From: the human T2T-CHM13v2.0 reference genome, Homo sapiens
Assembly: GCF_009914755.1 (NCBI RefSeq)
Contig: NC_060940.1
Length of the DNA: 64,000 nucleotides
Direction: 5' to 3' (one strand)
Shown: positions 15,801 to 29,247 of the stretch, piece after piece
Layout of the letters: each line of letters opens with the position of its first letter
How positions within the stretch are numbered: position 1 is the stretch's first letter
Made by a program: the position numbers and the translations under genes
Notes under the pieces: generated by a model
Told to the model about the DNA's origin: nothing
Seen by the model: only the letters and a program-made list of their open reading frames with translations
Database searches by the model: none

Positions 15801-15874
15801 AATCACCACCCTACCACTTCCCACAGCCCCACCCACCGACAGGCCAATCCCCCATGGCTTGTGTGGGGCATTAC

Positions 15875-15954
15875 CTTGTAGAGGGTGTTGCGGATGATCT
15901 CGATGTTCATCTCGTCAAGGTCCTGCTCTGAAATGCAGTCCTGGAAAAAAGCCG
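15875..15954 (-). CDS. ATP6V0D1: ATP6V0D1 exon 4 (80 nt)
   Basis: Encodes [27 protein letters not shown]. Donor GTAATG. Confidence 0.97.
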
Positions 15955-17303
15955 CTGGGGAGGAAACATGGTTTGAGGGGTGGGCAGGTGGCCTAGGCCA
16001 GAATCCTGATGTTCAAATGCCCTACACGGCACAGAGTGCCCGTGCCACAAGGCCCACAGGGCTGGGTATTGAGGGGTCCCCAGCCTAGGCTGTTGCCTTG
16101 GAAGTGGCAGAAGCAATGCTCTGGGCCATGTACACTGACCTGAGCTTCTCCTGCCTCCTTGCTCCTAAAATTGATTTATAAAGGAGGCAGCTAGCCATAA
16201 CATGATCTAATCACCGCTGGGGCAGACCCAAGCTCAGACCATGCCAAAGACAGGCTTGCATAAGAGGCCATGACATCCTCCCTTCTGGAGGGGCAGCTGT
16301 GGATTCGGGGCCTAACGCCTACTTCTCTACACCTCCCAGGAAGGCCTGGCGTCCACATTTGGAAAACCAGCCTCCTCCTTAGGACAAGTCCAACAGCAGG
16401 GTAGGCACAGACCAGCGACCCAGGGGGCCACTGTGGGGTTGGAAAGAGAGGCCAGAGCAGGATAGAGCACCCCCATCCCCCAAGAGGGCCTGCAGACTCA
16501 CTGGTCTATCTCTTCATTAAAGATGGAGAAACTGAAGAAGCCACAAACAGCCCAGAACCAGCTCAGAGTTGCTGGGAGAGCCTACGGCAGACAAGGTCAG
16601 CAGGTAGGGCTCAGGCCTCTTAGCTCAGAACCCAGTGCAGCTTAGAGCCCTGTAGTTCAACCCTGGTGGCTTCTTAGAGGTGGTACCCCAGGCCCAGGAC
16701 TCTGGCTACAAGGACACTTAATGCCTTCTCCTCGGCCTCCTAAGCAGGCAGGAACTAGCACTGCCTAAGCAGGGCTCTGCAGGAAGCTCTTGATTCCCCT
16801 TCCCTGGCTTCTGATACGGACCTTGCATCCTGCTGGATGCTGTCTGACCTGGCCCAGGGGACCTGCTCGGTGGAGGGAAGTGGCAGTGTTTGCTTCGCTC
16901 CTTGCCTCACAGGCAGCCACTCTGGCTTTACTCAGGCTCCAGCTCCGGGCCACAGTCTGTCAGAGCTCTCGGGACTCCAAGGGACTTGGGCCTCTCTCAC
17001 TCTTCTCCATGAGCTCAGCCCTCCTCTGCACTCTGGGAGATCAGACTGCTTCACAAAGTGAGACAGTCCCAGTCAGGCCCTGGGTAGCCTGCCTGGCCCA
17101 GCAAAAGCAACAGGACAGGAGCAGAAGAGGGGTGAAGTGAGGAGAGAATCGGAGGAGGAAGTTGAAGGGAGACAAAGGTAAGCAGCAGTGGGCAGGTCTC
17201 ACTTTCTGGCTCAGGGTCGCCCCCCAGCGGGTCCACAAACCCCACCCTGATGCGCTGATGCTGACACCACTGCCCACCTCCCATGACCACCACAGCGGCT
17301 CAC

Positions 17304-17482
17304 CAAGAGGCGTGTCCACCAGAATGGCATTGTAGAGCTCAGCAGGTGTCTGAGCAATGTTCACGGCCTCCATCTGCTCGAAGCTGCCTAGTGGGTGGCA
17401 CTTGGGCACGAGCTCAGCGATGGAGCGCTGGTGCAGCGTGCCTGTGATGAGCAGGATCACGTTGTCGATCATGTAACTGTAA
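17304..17482 (-). CDS. ATP6V0D1: ATP6V0D1 exon 3 (179 nt)
   Basis: Encodes [17 protein letters not shown]...CHPLGSF...LVDTPL. AG/GT boundaries. Confidence 0.98.
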
Positions 17483-20400
17483 CTACAGGGGGCAGGCAAT
17501 AGCAAGGAGCCCATCAAGGTGGGGGCCGGGAAGTCCTGGCATAGCACCATGCCCTCGCCCGCCTGCACAGGCCATCACCCCTTAACAATGTATGCTGACT
17601 CATGGGTGCTGCGGATAAGCACCAGTGTCTCCTCTCCCTCCCCATGTTCCTCTCAAGCTTCTGACCACCCCCACTGCCAGAGGCCTAGGACAGACACAGG
17701 CCCCCCAAACGGGCGGGGGCAGGGGATTCATGCCCTGTGAGGGACTGGGACACGAGCTAACTACCCCACAGCATGAACAGTGTTCTAACAGGACACAGGA
17801 ATGGGGCACAGGAGGTGAGACATGCAGCCCAGCCCAGGGGGTGAAGAGCGTGAGAGCCTGGGAAATTAAAGGGCTGGGAGAAGAAAGTGTGTTCTGGGAA
17901 GAGGGAACAGCATGTGCAAAGGCCTGGAGGCACTCACTGAGTGACGGATGCATTGGAGGAACTGGCATGGTCAGGACTGGCAGAGGGAGAGAAAGGCGCA
18001 GCAGCCGGCAGCACGGGGCTGCAGCAGGCGGGGGGCAGAGGCTGGGCCTGGAGGGCCCTGGCTTTGTTTTGAGCACTAGGGATCTATGAGCAGGGTGTAA
18101 GCAGGGGAATCGCCATCCAGTTAGGGTCACTCTGTCCCCCAGTGGGGACAGAAGAGGAAGAGGCAGAGATAGCGACAGGAGGAAAGGCTGAGGAGTGGAG
18201 TGGAGAGAAGCTTCTCCAGGGAAGGCCAGCAAGGAGCCAGTGGGGGTTCTCTGGAATGAAGGCCCAGGTCAGGCAGACCTGCACAGCCTATGCCAGAGAT
18301 AGAGAACTGTCCTCTTCTTTTAGGGCCTGAGGCCAGGGCTGGGCATTCACCCAGGACGGCCTGGATAAGACCCAGAGACCTGAACAGGAGGCTGGGTCAG
18401 GTCGATCCCAGGCCGAGGCTCCCATCACTCTGCCCTGCAGAAGGCCAGCTCTGTGGGGTACATGGGCAGCAGAGGGGGCTGTGGAGCTGGGGAGGGGTGA
18501 GACTGCCCAGTTCAGACTTGGCAAGGGACAAGGCTCTGCCTCCAACCAGCTACAAAGGGGCTGGGGCAGAGAGTTCTGTGTAGTCACCTGTGTGGGGATG
18601 CAGTGAAGGCAGTAAGCCCCATTCCACAGTTAGGCTGCAGTAGCCACAACTATCCTCCAGTCTGTCACCAAAGATGAACTCAGGGTATGAGGGAGCTAAA
18701 TGAGGCCTAGGGGAAATTCCTCCAAGGTCAAGGTGAGGCACCTATGGGATAAAAGTTGGGGTGGAGGCTGCTGTTCTGAGCTGGGCACTGAACACGGGTC
18801 TTGTCCTAGCTTCTGAGTGGGCCAGAGCTAGGCCCCTGCCCTGTGACAGGACCTTGTGCAACTAGTGCTCAGGCTGTCCAGAGAAGACCTTGGTAGGAGG
18901 TGTCTTCCCCCATACTGAAGAAAGAAAGGAGGGGAGGTGGCAGCCCAGGGCCCAGGCCACGGCTCAAAGCACTGGCCACTGGGGGAGCTCCCACAGGGCC
19001 CTCTAGAAAGGCGGCAGGAGGAAAAGGCCCCAGCTCCTGTCCTGGCCTGACCCCCACTCCCCCTGCTTGCTCTGCACTCCCCCAGCTCCCACCCAGCCTG
19101 GCGCCCTGCGAAGACCTTTGCTCTCCTGGGCCTGGAGCCAGGCAACTGCCCTCTCTCCACCCCCAATCTGGCTGGGTCAGCTACAGGATGTGCACTGAGA
19201 AGAGACAGTCCCCTAACTCCCAACCATAACTGAGAGCCTTAAGCAGGGCCCACTTGCAGCTGCAAGCCAAGAGGCCCAAATGGGCAGCCTCCTGCCCCCA
19301 ACCCCACAGTGCTGGCAGAGTGAGGGACCTCAGAGCTCGCCAGAGCTTTGGGCCATGGTCTGCAGCTCCAGCCTGCATATTTTCTACCCCGGACAGCACA
19401 CACGCCTCCTGCCTATGAGGCCTCCAACATCTCACATACCCCAGAACCCATGCTGCATATGCGCCACCCCGCAATACTCTAACTGCACCCCATCCAGCCC
19501 CAATGTAGCCTTGGTGCTCCCTGAGACAGTCACAAATCCCCTGCCCCCAAGCAGAAGGATGCTTTCTTATGCTCTCCCTCCCTTTCGGACGGGAAGAGGG
19601 AGAAAAAGCACACCCAAGGCCCACCTTATCCAAGTGATCCCACAACCACTAGCATTACCAGCCCCACTGTCAGAGCAGATAAGGCCCAGAGAGGGCCAGC
19701 ACCAGGCCCTAACACACCACAAAGCAGAGGAGCTCCACGTCCCCATGGCCAATGTCCACACACCTCCACCCATGACCAGGGCCCCCTGCCTGGCTCTACA
19801 TACCCCACCTAGTCTCATTTTCTCAGAGGGATCCCCACCAGCCAATCTCCTCTTTTTCAACGTCCCCCTCCTTGCGCCCCCCACTCAGGGCATCTGTTTA
19901 TGTGGGGGAAATGCTGAGCCTAGTAAGGGCCACTCACAATCGCACTACCCCAGCCCCTTCAAGGCCCTCTTCAAACCCAAGCCAGGCCAATCGTGGGCGA
20001 TCCTGTGCCAGGCCCAGCACTTCCCTTGCCGGGCTGGCTATAAGCTTGTTGCTGCTGCAGCCCTGCTTTTCTCTCCTGCCCAGTGAGGGGCAGAATCCTC
20101 TTTTTCAGGAGATGAGAGGCTGGACAGGCCTGGCAGAGATAAGGCTGGCCCAGCAGTCTGCCTTTCTCCCAAGGCCGAGGCCTTCGGCAGGCAGGGAAAT
20201 CCTCCTCTTCCTCCTTGCCTGGCTTCAGCAGCTGCCTCCCTGCCCCCAGAAAGCCACTCCACCATTCCTCCCCTCATTTGGCCTCAATAGGAGGGAATAA
20301 GGTTCCAGCTGGTCAGCATCTCCCTCCAGGGGAAGACAGCTGGGGAGTGGAGGGCCGGCTGCCCGCCAGGCCAAAGAGGCCCTTGTGGGGTGGGGGTGGG

Positions 20401-20844
20401 GCCGTCTGTATTCCTCTGCCCAGAGGCCCTCCCTTGCCCTGTGCCTTCAAAACTCAGCTTGGGCCCACAGACATCTTGGGTTGGAGTTTAGGAAGCCACT
20501 TCCTCCAAGAAGCCTTCAGAGTCCCTAGCCAACTCTGCCCCTCTGCTGCGCCCTTTGGTGCCACCTGCTGGAACAATATGGCTTCTCAACCCCGGGTGGC
20601 TGGTCTGGTGCTGGTGAGGCAGCCATGATGCCTGGGTAACCCTGCCAGCCTGTCCACTGCAGTCCCCAGCAGGTGCTCCAGTGAGCTGCTAATGACAGTA
20701 TCTGTATTCAATCACTTCTGGGTCCTGAAGAGCCCTGTGCAGAGTGGAAAGTGAACAGAAATATCACTGTTTCTGAGCTCTGTCCATGGCCTCAGCACAC
20801 CACCTCTCGAGACTTAGTTTCTCCTCCATATCAAGATGAGTGAG

Positions 20845-21494
<650 letters not shown>

Positions 21495-24400
21495 TTAACC
21501 TGCTCATAAAAGTCCTGCCTCTCCCCAAGGCCCAGTTGGGTCCTTCCACCTGGTCTGAGCCTTCTGGGCCTCACGGAGCTCCTGCATGCTTGACCCCAGG
21601 AGAAGAGTGAAAGTGCTGGCACTCCTTCAAGGCAGGAGCCAGGTCTAGCCCAGGACCCTGAAACCACAGCAGGCCTACAGCCCCCAACTGCAGAGTCCTG
21701 CCATGGACCCAGAAACAGTGACTGTAGATAGCAAAGACAGGAACTGGCCAGGGGAGTGGGGGCCAGAGGAACCTGATGTCCCTCTGTGACCAAGCAGGGC
21801 CCCAAGGTTGGGGTGACAGGTCCTGGAGAAAATCACAGATGTGCTGACAGGCCCATTAGGCATTTGAGGCCACTGTCCTGGGACAAAGCCTCTTACCAGT
21901 TGCCCACTCCAGGCTGGTGGCACTGAGGCCCCTGACACAAGAGAAATATGGGCCCTCAGATCCCCCAGGTGGTGCAGGTTACCCATGCCCAGGCTCTGCC
22001 AATGGGCACCTGGGCTAGGCCCCCTCCAGGGAGGCTCACTCATTCAAAGACAAAGGCCTTTAAAGCCCACCTGGGACTCCCCAGAGGCCGCACTCACTCC
22101 TCCCACAAGTCTCTCAGCATGTCTTCTAGGACCAACTCTCTCAAGGGAAAACATCATGGAATGGCCCAGATCAAAGTCCCCTCCAAGGCCAAAAAACCCT
22201 GACAGACACCATCCCAAGTCCCACAGCAAGGTAATGACTGGGCTTGGGCATGGTGACATAACAACATGTTAGTGGCATGAAACTGAGCCAGATCCTCTCA
22301 AGAGCACATGACGACAGTCTACTTCAGGGGCCCTATCTCACTCAGGCTGTCGGCCCCATGCCAGACAGCTGCCTCATGCCAGACAGCTGCCTCTTCTCCA
22401 GCCACCTACTCTCTCCAGTGGCTTCTCTATCCCCACCTGATCCTGGAGTCCTCCCAATGCTGTGAAGCCACCTGTGACCCCCAGTTCCATTTGCTAAAGC
22501 TGCTCACAGTCCTCTCCAGGCACTGTCTATACTATCACTGGTGCCATCCCACTGCATCCAGGCACCTCCCTCCCAGCCCCAGGCCTGGCCCAGAGCAGGT
22601 ACTGGTTATGTGTGCGGCTGAAGGCTGGCCAGGACCTACGAAAGCAGTGGACACTGTCTCTCACACAGAAGGGCAGAGGCAGCCTCAGCCAGCTCCTGCT
22701 TTCATCACCTCCTGGCAGAAGCCTGCTCCAGCCAGCCTGGGGCAGCTCCAAAAGCAACTATGAGGCCCTGAGGGATGGAGCTAAGGTGACCTCTGTAATG
22801 GTCCCAACCTCTGTCCCTAGCTGGGCCAACTTTGTCTGTGGGCAGTCAGGGCACTGTTCCCTCAGGTCTTCACACCCAGGACAGGGCCTCTCGCTGATGC
22901 TTCTACTGCCTGGAGGACTGTACTCTCCTGAGTATATTCCTCTGCGTTTTCTAGGGTAGCTTCCTCATTCCCAGAGTGGGCACCCATATCTGGAGGCTGT
23001 TGTGTGGGGCACAGAGCCAGGTGCACCATGCTCGCTACTCAGGACATGTATAGTTCCCTCAACCTAAAAACCCCCTATTCCAATGCTTCCCTTAAATGCT
23101 TTTCCCCTCAGCCAAACTAGCCACCTCCTCAGGGAAGCCAATCGTGAGCCCCAGCCTGGGGGAGCTCAGGCCTCTATGGAAGGCTTCACCCCTTCCTGCA
23201 ACACTCCACACACACACTGGGGATGGCCTGCTGGGGCAGAGCGGAGAAGGGAGAGTGGCCAGAGAGGTAGGAGTTAAGTCAGAGAGGCATCATGGGAGCA
23301 AAGAAATAGCTAGGGGGGCTGGGGGGTGGACACCGCAGAGTGGTCACGCCTGGAGACCTTGGCTACGTGAAGGTCAGGGGTGGCTTTAGCCAGGGCCTTG
23401 TGGTGGAGTGACGGGACTGTTGAAAGCTCGAGGGATGAGGGGAAATGAGAGAACAGACAGTGAATGTAAAAGTTTAGGTCCCACGAGATGTTTTTTAATT
23501 ATTTGAGCTTGCTTAGATACTGAAGAGAAGAATTCGGAAGGGAAGGTGCCTGCACAGACAGGAATGCAAATGAGTGGCCACTCAGCATCCAGGGAGTAAG
23601 GTGAGGGCACTCAGAACATTGGTGGAAGGATCCAAGAGAAAAGGAAGGGCACTTCTGCCATTGGAATAGGGTTCGGGCGGTGGGGGGCAGAAGCAGCACT
23701 GGGAGGCATATTATTGGCTTCCACTGTCTTTGTGAAGAAGGTGGGCCACCTGCCCAAGAGGAGGCTGGGGGCAGGAGAGCAATGGTGTTTAAGACGGGAA
23801 GGTGGTCTTTGCAGTGCTGGTGGGGTCTGCAGGGTGCTGAGTAGGTAGAGCCAGAGGCTGCCAGGCAGAAAAAAGCTTGAGGCTGGCTAAGAGGGTGAGC
23901 ATGCAAGCCTGGCAGCAAGGATGACCCCCCACTCAAGGCTGGCTTCCCCAGCTTTCCTCCCGGCAGTGGAGGTAGGGGGAGAGCGGCTCCAGGCTGGAGG
24001 CTGCTGGGATTCCTCCAGGGCTGGGGGGCTGCCAGCCGGGTGGGACCATGAGTCGGGCGGCCAAGAGAGCTGCGGATGTTGGCAGAAAAGTGCTCGAATG
24101 ATGGACCAGGGAACTTCAGTTGGGGAGGGCGGGAAATGAAGACAGAAGGGGTAGCAGGGGAGGAAGCAAGGCCTAGTGTCCCGCTGAGTCTGGAACCCGT
24201 GTCCCACAAGGGACTGAGAGTGGGCTGGAGGGCCTGAAGGCTGTGGGTAGAGAGGTGCCTGATTCAGCAATTTCAGGGGTGGAGCAGTTCCAGGTGGTGA
24301 CATGGGCCTGGGCAGCCATCAGTGGGGATGGCTGAAGTGCAGAGCAGAGGAGCAAAGGAGCAGGTCATTGGAGATGACGAGGTCATGGACCAAGCAGACA

Positions 24401-26319
24401 CAGGCCCTGATGGGCTGACACGTGACTGCTGAGCTCCTTCTGAGTGAGGGGAGGAGTGAGTGGCTGGTAGGACTGGAAGCCACAATCACCCATGAATGGA
24501 AGGGGTGGGAAGTGGCAGATTCGGACAGCCTTCCACAGGACAGCACTTGGCTGCTTTAAGCACCCTTGGTGCTTGCAGCCAACCTCCAGCTGTGGTTGTG
24601 CAGCCTCAGTCACGCTCAGAGCCCTCTCCAGTTTCATGGCCTGGCAGGCTAAGACCAAGACAGGCCAAAGGCTAGCTGCACAGGCAGGTGGGCCAGTGGG
24701 CAGTGGGGTGGGTGATATCTACCCTCTGACCATGGGCATGGGGTCAGGCCTCCTCTGGCCAGCCTAGCTGGCAAGGCCAGAACATTCACCAGGAAGCTGA
24801 AGCAGCCTTGTGCAAACAAGTCTCAGGCTGGGCTCTAGCAATAAATGTACTGCTTCCTGGTATGTCCTCAGCTCTGGCTTTGCAGCAAGGAACACAGAGA
24901 CCAAGGCCAGGGAATGATCAACAGATGGGGAGCTGCAATGTGACCCCTAATGTAGCACCACAAGAGACACCCCATTACCAGCCTCCTGCCCCAGTAGGTC
25001 CATGTTGGCATACCTTGATGGAGGCCAGGGCAGCAAGGAGACTCTCAGGAAAGGAGGCCTGTGGCCAGGAGAGGGCCTGCTTCCTAGCTTGGGCATGTTC
25101 CCTGGCCCTTCAGGTGTCCCAGCCTCTGACTCCTGCCTGAGAATGGAGCCCTTTGGCTGCAGCACTTCTTGAGCAAGTGGATCCTGGGCAAGTGGCTCCT
25201 AACTGCAGGGGATAAGAATCAGGCCAGGCAGCAGGCATCTAACTCTGTCCCTGCAGGGACAAGTGGGGCAGGTGTGCCAGGTCCCAAGGAAAAGAGTGGG
25301 GGCACCATAATCAAGGAATGGTAAAAGTTAGACAATACCCAGAGAGCTCAGGGAAATGCTTCACCATACTGCACACTCACACTCTGCCAATGCAGGGTAC
25401 TCTCCTAGACGCTAGCCGCTGAGCATGCCTCTGCTCACCACCCCTGTGGGGCCACCACCTAGGCTGGGACTATTTCTTTGTCCACCAGGACTTGGCTCAT
25501 GGCTCTTGGGACATCCCTGCAAAGGGACCCTCCCTACCTCCCTGTGCAGTCCAGGTGCCCTCCCCGTGCAGTCCAGGTGCCCTCCCCGAGCCTGCAGATC
25601 CCAAGGTCCTTTCCTCCACTCAGCTTCTCCAGGAGCTTGATGAAGGCAGAGCTGTGCCCAAGGGTCAGACAATGAAGAAGCTGGGGCAGCCAAGAGTCAT
25701 AAGAATGGGAGCCTGCCCACCTGAGTTCCTGAGGGCTTGCGTCAGAACTGAGAAAGGCAGCTAGACGTTCAGCCTGCCCCTCAACTCTACTCCGAACCAA
25801 TCTCCCTGAGACCCAGGGCCATGGTCAGAGCAGATAGAGAATGGGCCTATCCTAAGACCTTGGCCTTTCAGAGCTCTGTCCATCCCGACACCTGACCCCT
25901 CGCATGGGGAGTGGGGCCTGGTGAGTGTTCTGTTTGGGTGCTGTAGGGTAAGAAAAAGGGCTCCCACCTTCCCAGGTTTCCCTGCCCCAGTCTATGTGAC
26001 TGGGGGAAGAGGCTTCATCCAGCACTACTGCGTGGGACACTCTTGCCTGCCCATCATATCTTCAGCCAGTAGTGAACGTGCTGGTGACCCATTTCATAGG
26101 TGGTGGCCTGGAAGTCCAGGGTTGTTGAATGACCACGCACACAGTCAGGGAGGACTCTGAAGGTAGGGTCCTGGGACACCTGGCCTGACAGAGCTGCCAT
26201 CAGCTCTGACAGCTGACACAGGCACGAAGGCAGCTAGCCTAAGCCACACTGAACCCAGCTCCTGCAGGTGTAGCTATCCTGCCCAGGTAAGAGAAGAAGG
26301 CGCTACAAAGCACACTCAC

Positions 26320-26491
26320 GTAATGAAGTCTAGGAAGCTGGCGAGTGGCTCATAGGCATGGTTCCTCATGTGGCGGAACTCCACCACCATCTTCTCCTTG
26401 AGCCGGTCATCGATGACTGACACCGTCAGAGGTGATGCCTCGTTGGCCAGGAAGTTACCATAATCAGTGCTCTGCAGATGCAGTTTCAAGT
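26320..26491 (-). CDS. ATP6V0D1: ATP6V0D1 exon 2 (172 nt)
   Basis: Encodes [18 protein letters not shown]...LDFIT. AG/GT boundaries in phase. Confidence 0.98.
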
Positions 26492-27311
26492 CTGAAACCC
26501 AAGGGTAGGGGGTAAGGGCTAGCCTTGCTGGGCCTCCCCAAGGGTCCCAAGTCCCCATCCCCACCCCAACTCAGCCCCAGCTCTCCCCTGCAGTTGTGTC
26601 CCGCTACTACCCTGATCTCCATCTCCCTGTTGGCTCAGGGCCTACCACAGGGCAATCAGCTAAGGCCCTGGAGATGCACCAGATCTTTGGGCCACAATCC
26701 AGCACATGGAGCCCCAAAGTTCGAGCATAAGAGGAACAGTTCCTCCCCAAGATGACAAGAAAGCCTGGGAAATTCCAAGGTCCAATCCACAACCCACAGC
26801 CTTTGAAGCCCTTCTGTATGTTAAGCTGTAGGCTGGCCCTAATCTAGAGCAGGGTAAGTCATGAGCCCTGCACTCCAGGGCCTCAGGGTCAGAGGGGCAA
26901 GCCAACACACCCCGAGGCACATGAAATACAAGAGATGCCTGAAGCTGTGGGAGTGGAGTGGAGAGGGCACCAAAGATCAGACTGAGAAGATGAGAAGGCC
27001 ACAAAAGGCTGGGCCACAGCAAAGGGCAGGGGCAAGAAAGTACAAAGGAAACAGCCAGGAGGATGGTGTGAGTGACAAGTGGCCTGCAGGGCAAATGAGT
27101 GGCATGCGGGGGAGGTGAGGCTGGCAGGAAAGACTGAGCGTCCCTTCAGAGTGGCCGGAGACAGGCAGACCAATCCTGAGGGTTCTCTTGAGCATTCAGA
27201 GATGGGGTAAGGGAAAAGGAAGGAGAGGCAGAGCAGAAGGGCCCGGGGGAAGCAGGCCAAGGGAGAGGCAGTGGGATCCTGATGAGAACCTAACAACAGT
27301 CTCCCAGAGTG

Positions 27312-27462
27312 TTTTGTTTTTGTTTTTGTTTTTTGTTTGTTTGTTTTTTTTTTTAGAGATGGCATCTTGCTAGGTTCCCAGGCTGAACTTGAACTCCTAG
27401 TCTCAAGTGATCCTCTGGCCTCAGCCTCCCAAGTGGCTGGGACTACAGGCATGTGCCAGCCA
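27312..27462 (-). mobile_element. Alu monomer (FLAM-like)
   Basis: T-rich tail plus a single arm, flanked by CCAGAGTG repeats. Confidence 0.8.
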
Positions 27463-28589
27463 GAGTGATCTTTTTAAAACACAAGGCAGACCATGCCATT
27501 CATTGGCCTTAAACTCTCCGCTACTCCTACTTTACTCAGAAAGAGTCCCTTCCAGAGCCCTCATGTGGTGGTCCCACCATCCCCGCTTAACCTCTCTGAC
27601 TTAGGTCCTGCCATTCCCCCATGCTCACTATCCCCAGCCATGTCCCCACCTCAGGGCCCTTCCCCGTCCCCTGGCCTGAAAGTGGAGCTGTCTCCCCCTC
27701 TTCCTTCAGATCTTTCCTCACACGCCCCCTCTTCAGAGGCTTCTCCAGCAGCCCATCACTGTCCCTTGTGTTATTCTTCTTAGCAGTACTTATCCCACCT
27801 GATACAGGACACAGAAGCTCCCTGGGGACAGTACCAAGGACAGTGGCTGAGAAGATACCCAGGCACATGGTGGCGGAGGCTGGCTTGGAAGACTACATGC
27901 CTCTCTGTCCCCTGGGGAGGCTGCCCAGGGGATCAAAGGCGGAGCTGCACTTGGGACCACCTCCACACGCTGTCCTGGCCACGGCCTCCCCAGATGTCTT
28001 TGAGGCTCAGGAGACCATGCTAGCCTGGGTTGTTTAGAGAAGAAGGGAAGTGGGGCACATAAACCCTCTACAAGCTTAGGGGACCCCTGTGATGCCCCTC
28101 CTGCTGTACTCCATCAGGAGAAGACAGCCCCAACCTGGAGTCAGGCGAGCTAAAGGAGAGATGGAACACAGCATGTTGGAATACAGCAGGTCTCTGGAAT
28201 AGATGCCTTCCACCTGCATCTCTGGGGGGCTGGTAGCAGGCCACACTCATGACCTCTGTGGCTCCTGGGCACTCATGGAGTGAACTTCAACCTCCTGAGG
28301 CCTGCAGGAGACACCTGCTGCCTTCACCATTACTCTGCAATTGACCACTACTTTTCTCCCATGGCCACCCAAAAGGGCATAGAAGAGAAAGTCAGGCAGG
28401 GCAGGCAGAAGCCACCAGCCCCTGTTCTGCTCTGTGGACCCCAATGCCTTTTTGCCTGGGAAATGTGCACTCTCCTACATCCTTACCCCAGGCCGTCTGC
28501 AATGAACCCTTGCCCTGAGATCTCTTCTCCCACATCCTCACCACATCTAACCAAGCCCCAGCTACTCCTAGAGTAAGGCATGGGTGAGA

Positions 28590-29247
<658 letters not shown>

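Noticed and set aside
17775-17785. GAACAgTGTTC palindrome resembling a steroid response element
   Set aside because: The spacer is 1 bp rather than the required 3 bp.
19280-20086. 268-aa ORF, and similar 200-250 aa ORFs at 17600, 23499, 29932 and 32287
   Set aside because: Intronic, low-complexity translations with no recognisable family or exon structure.
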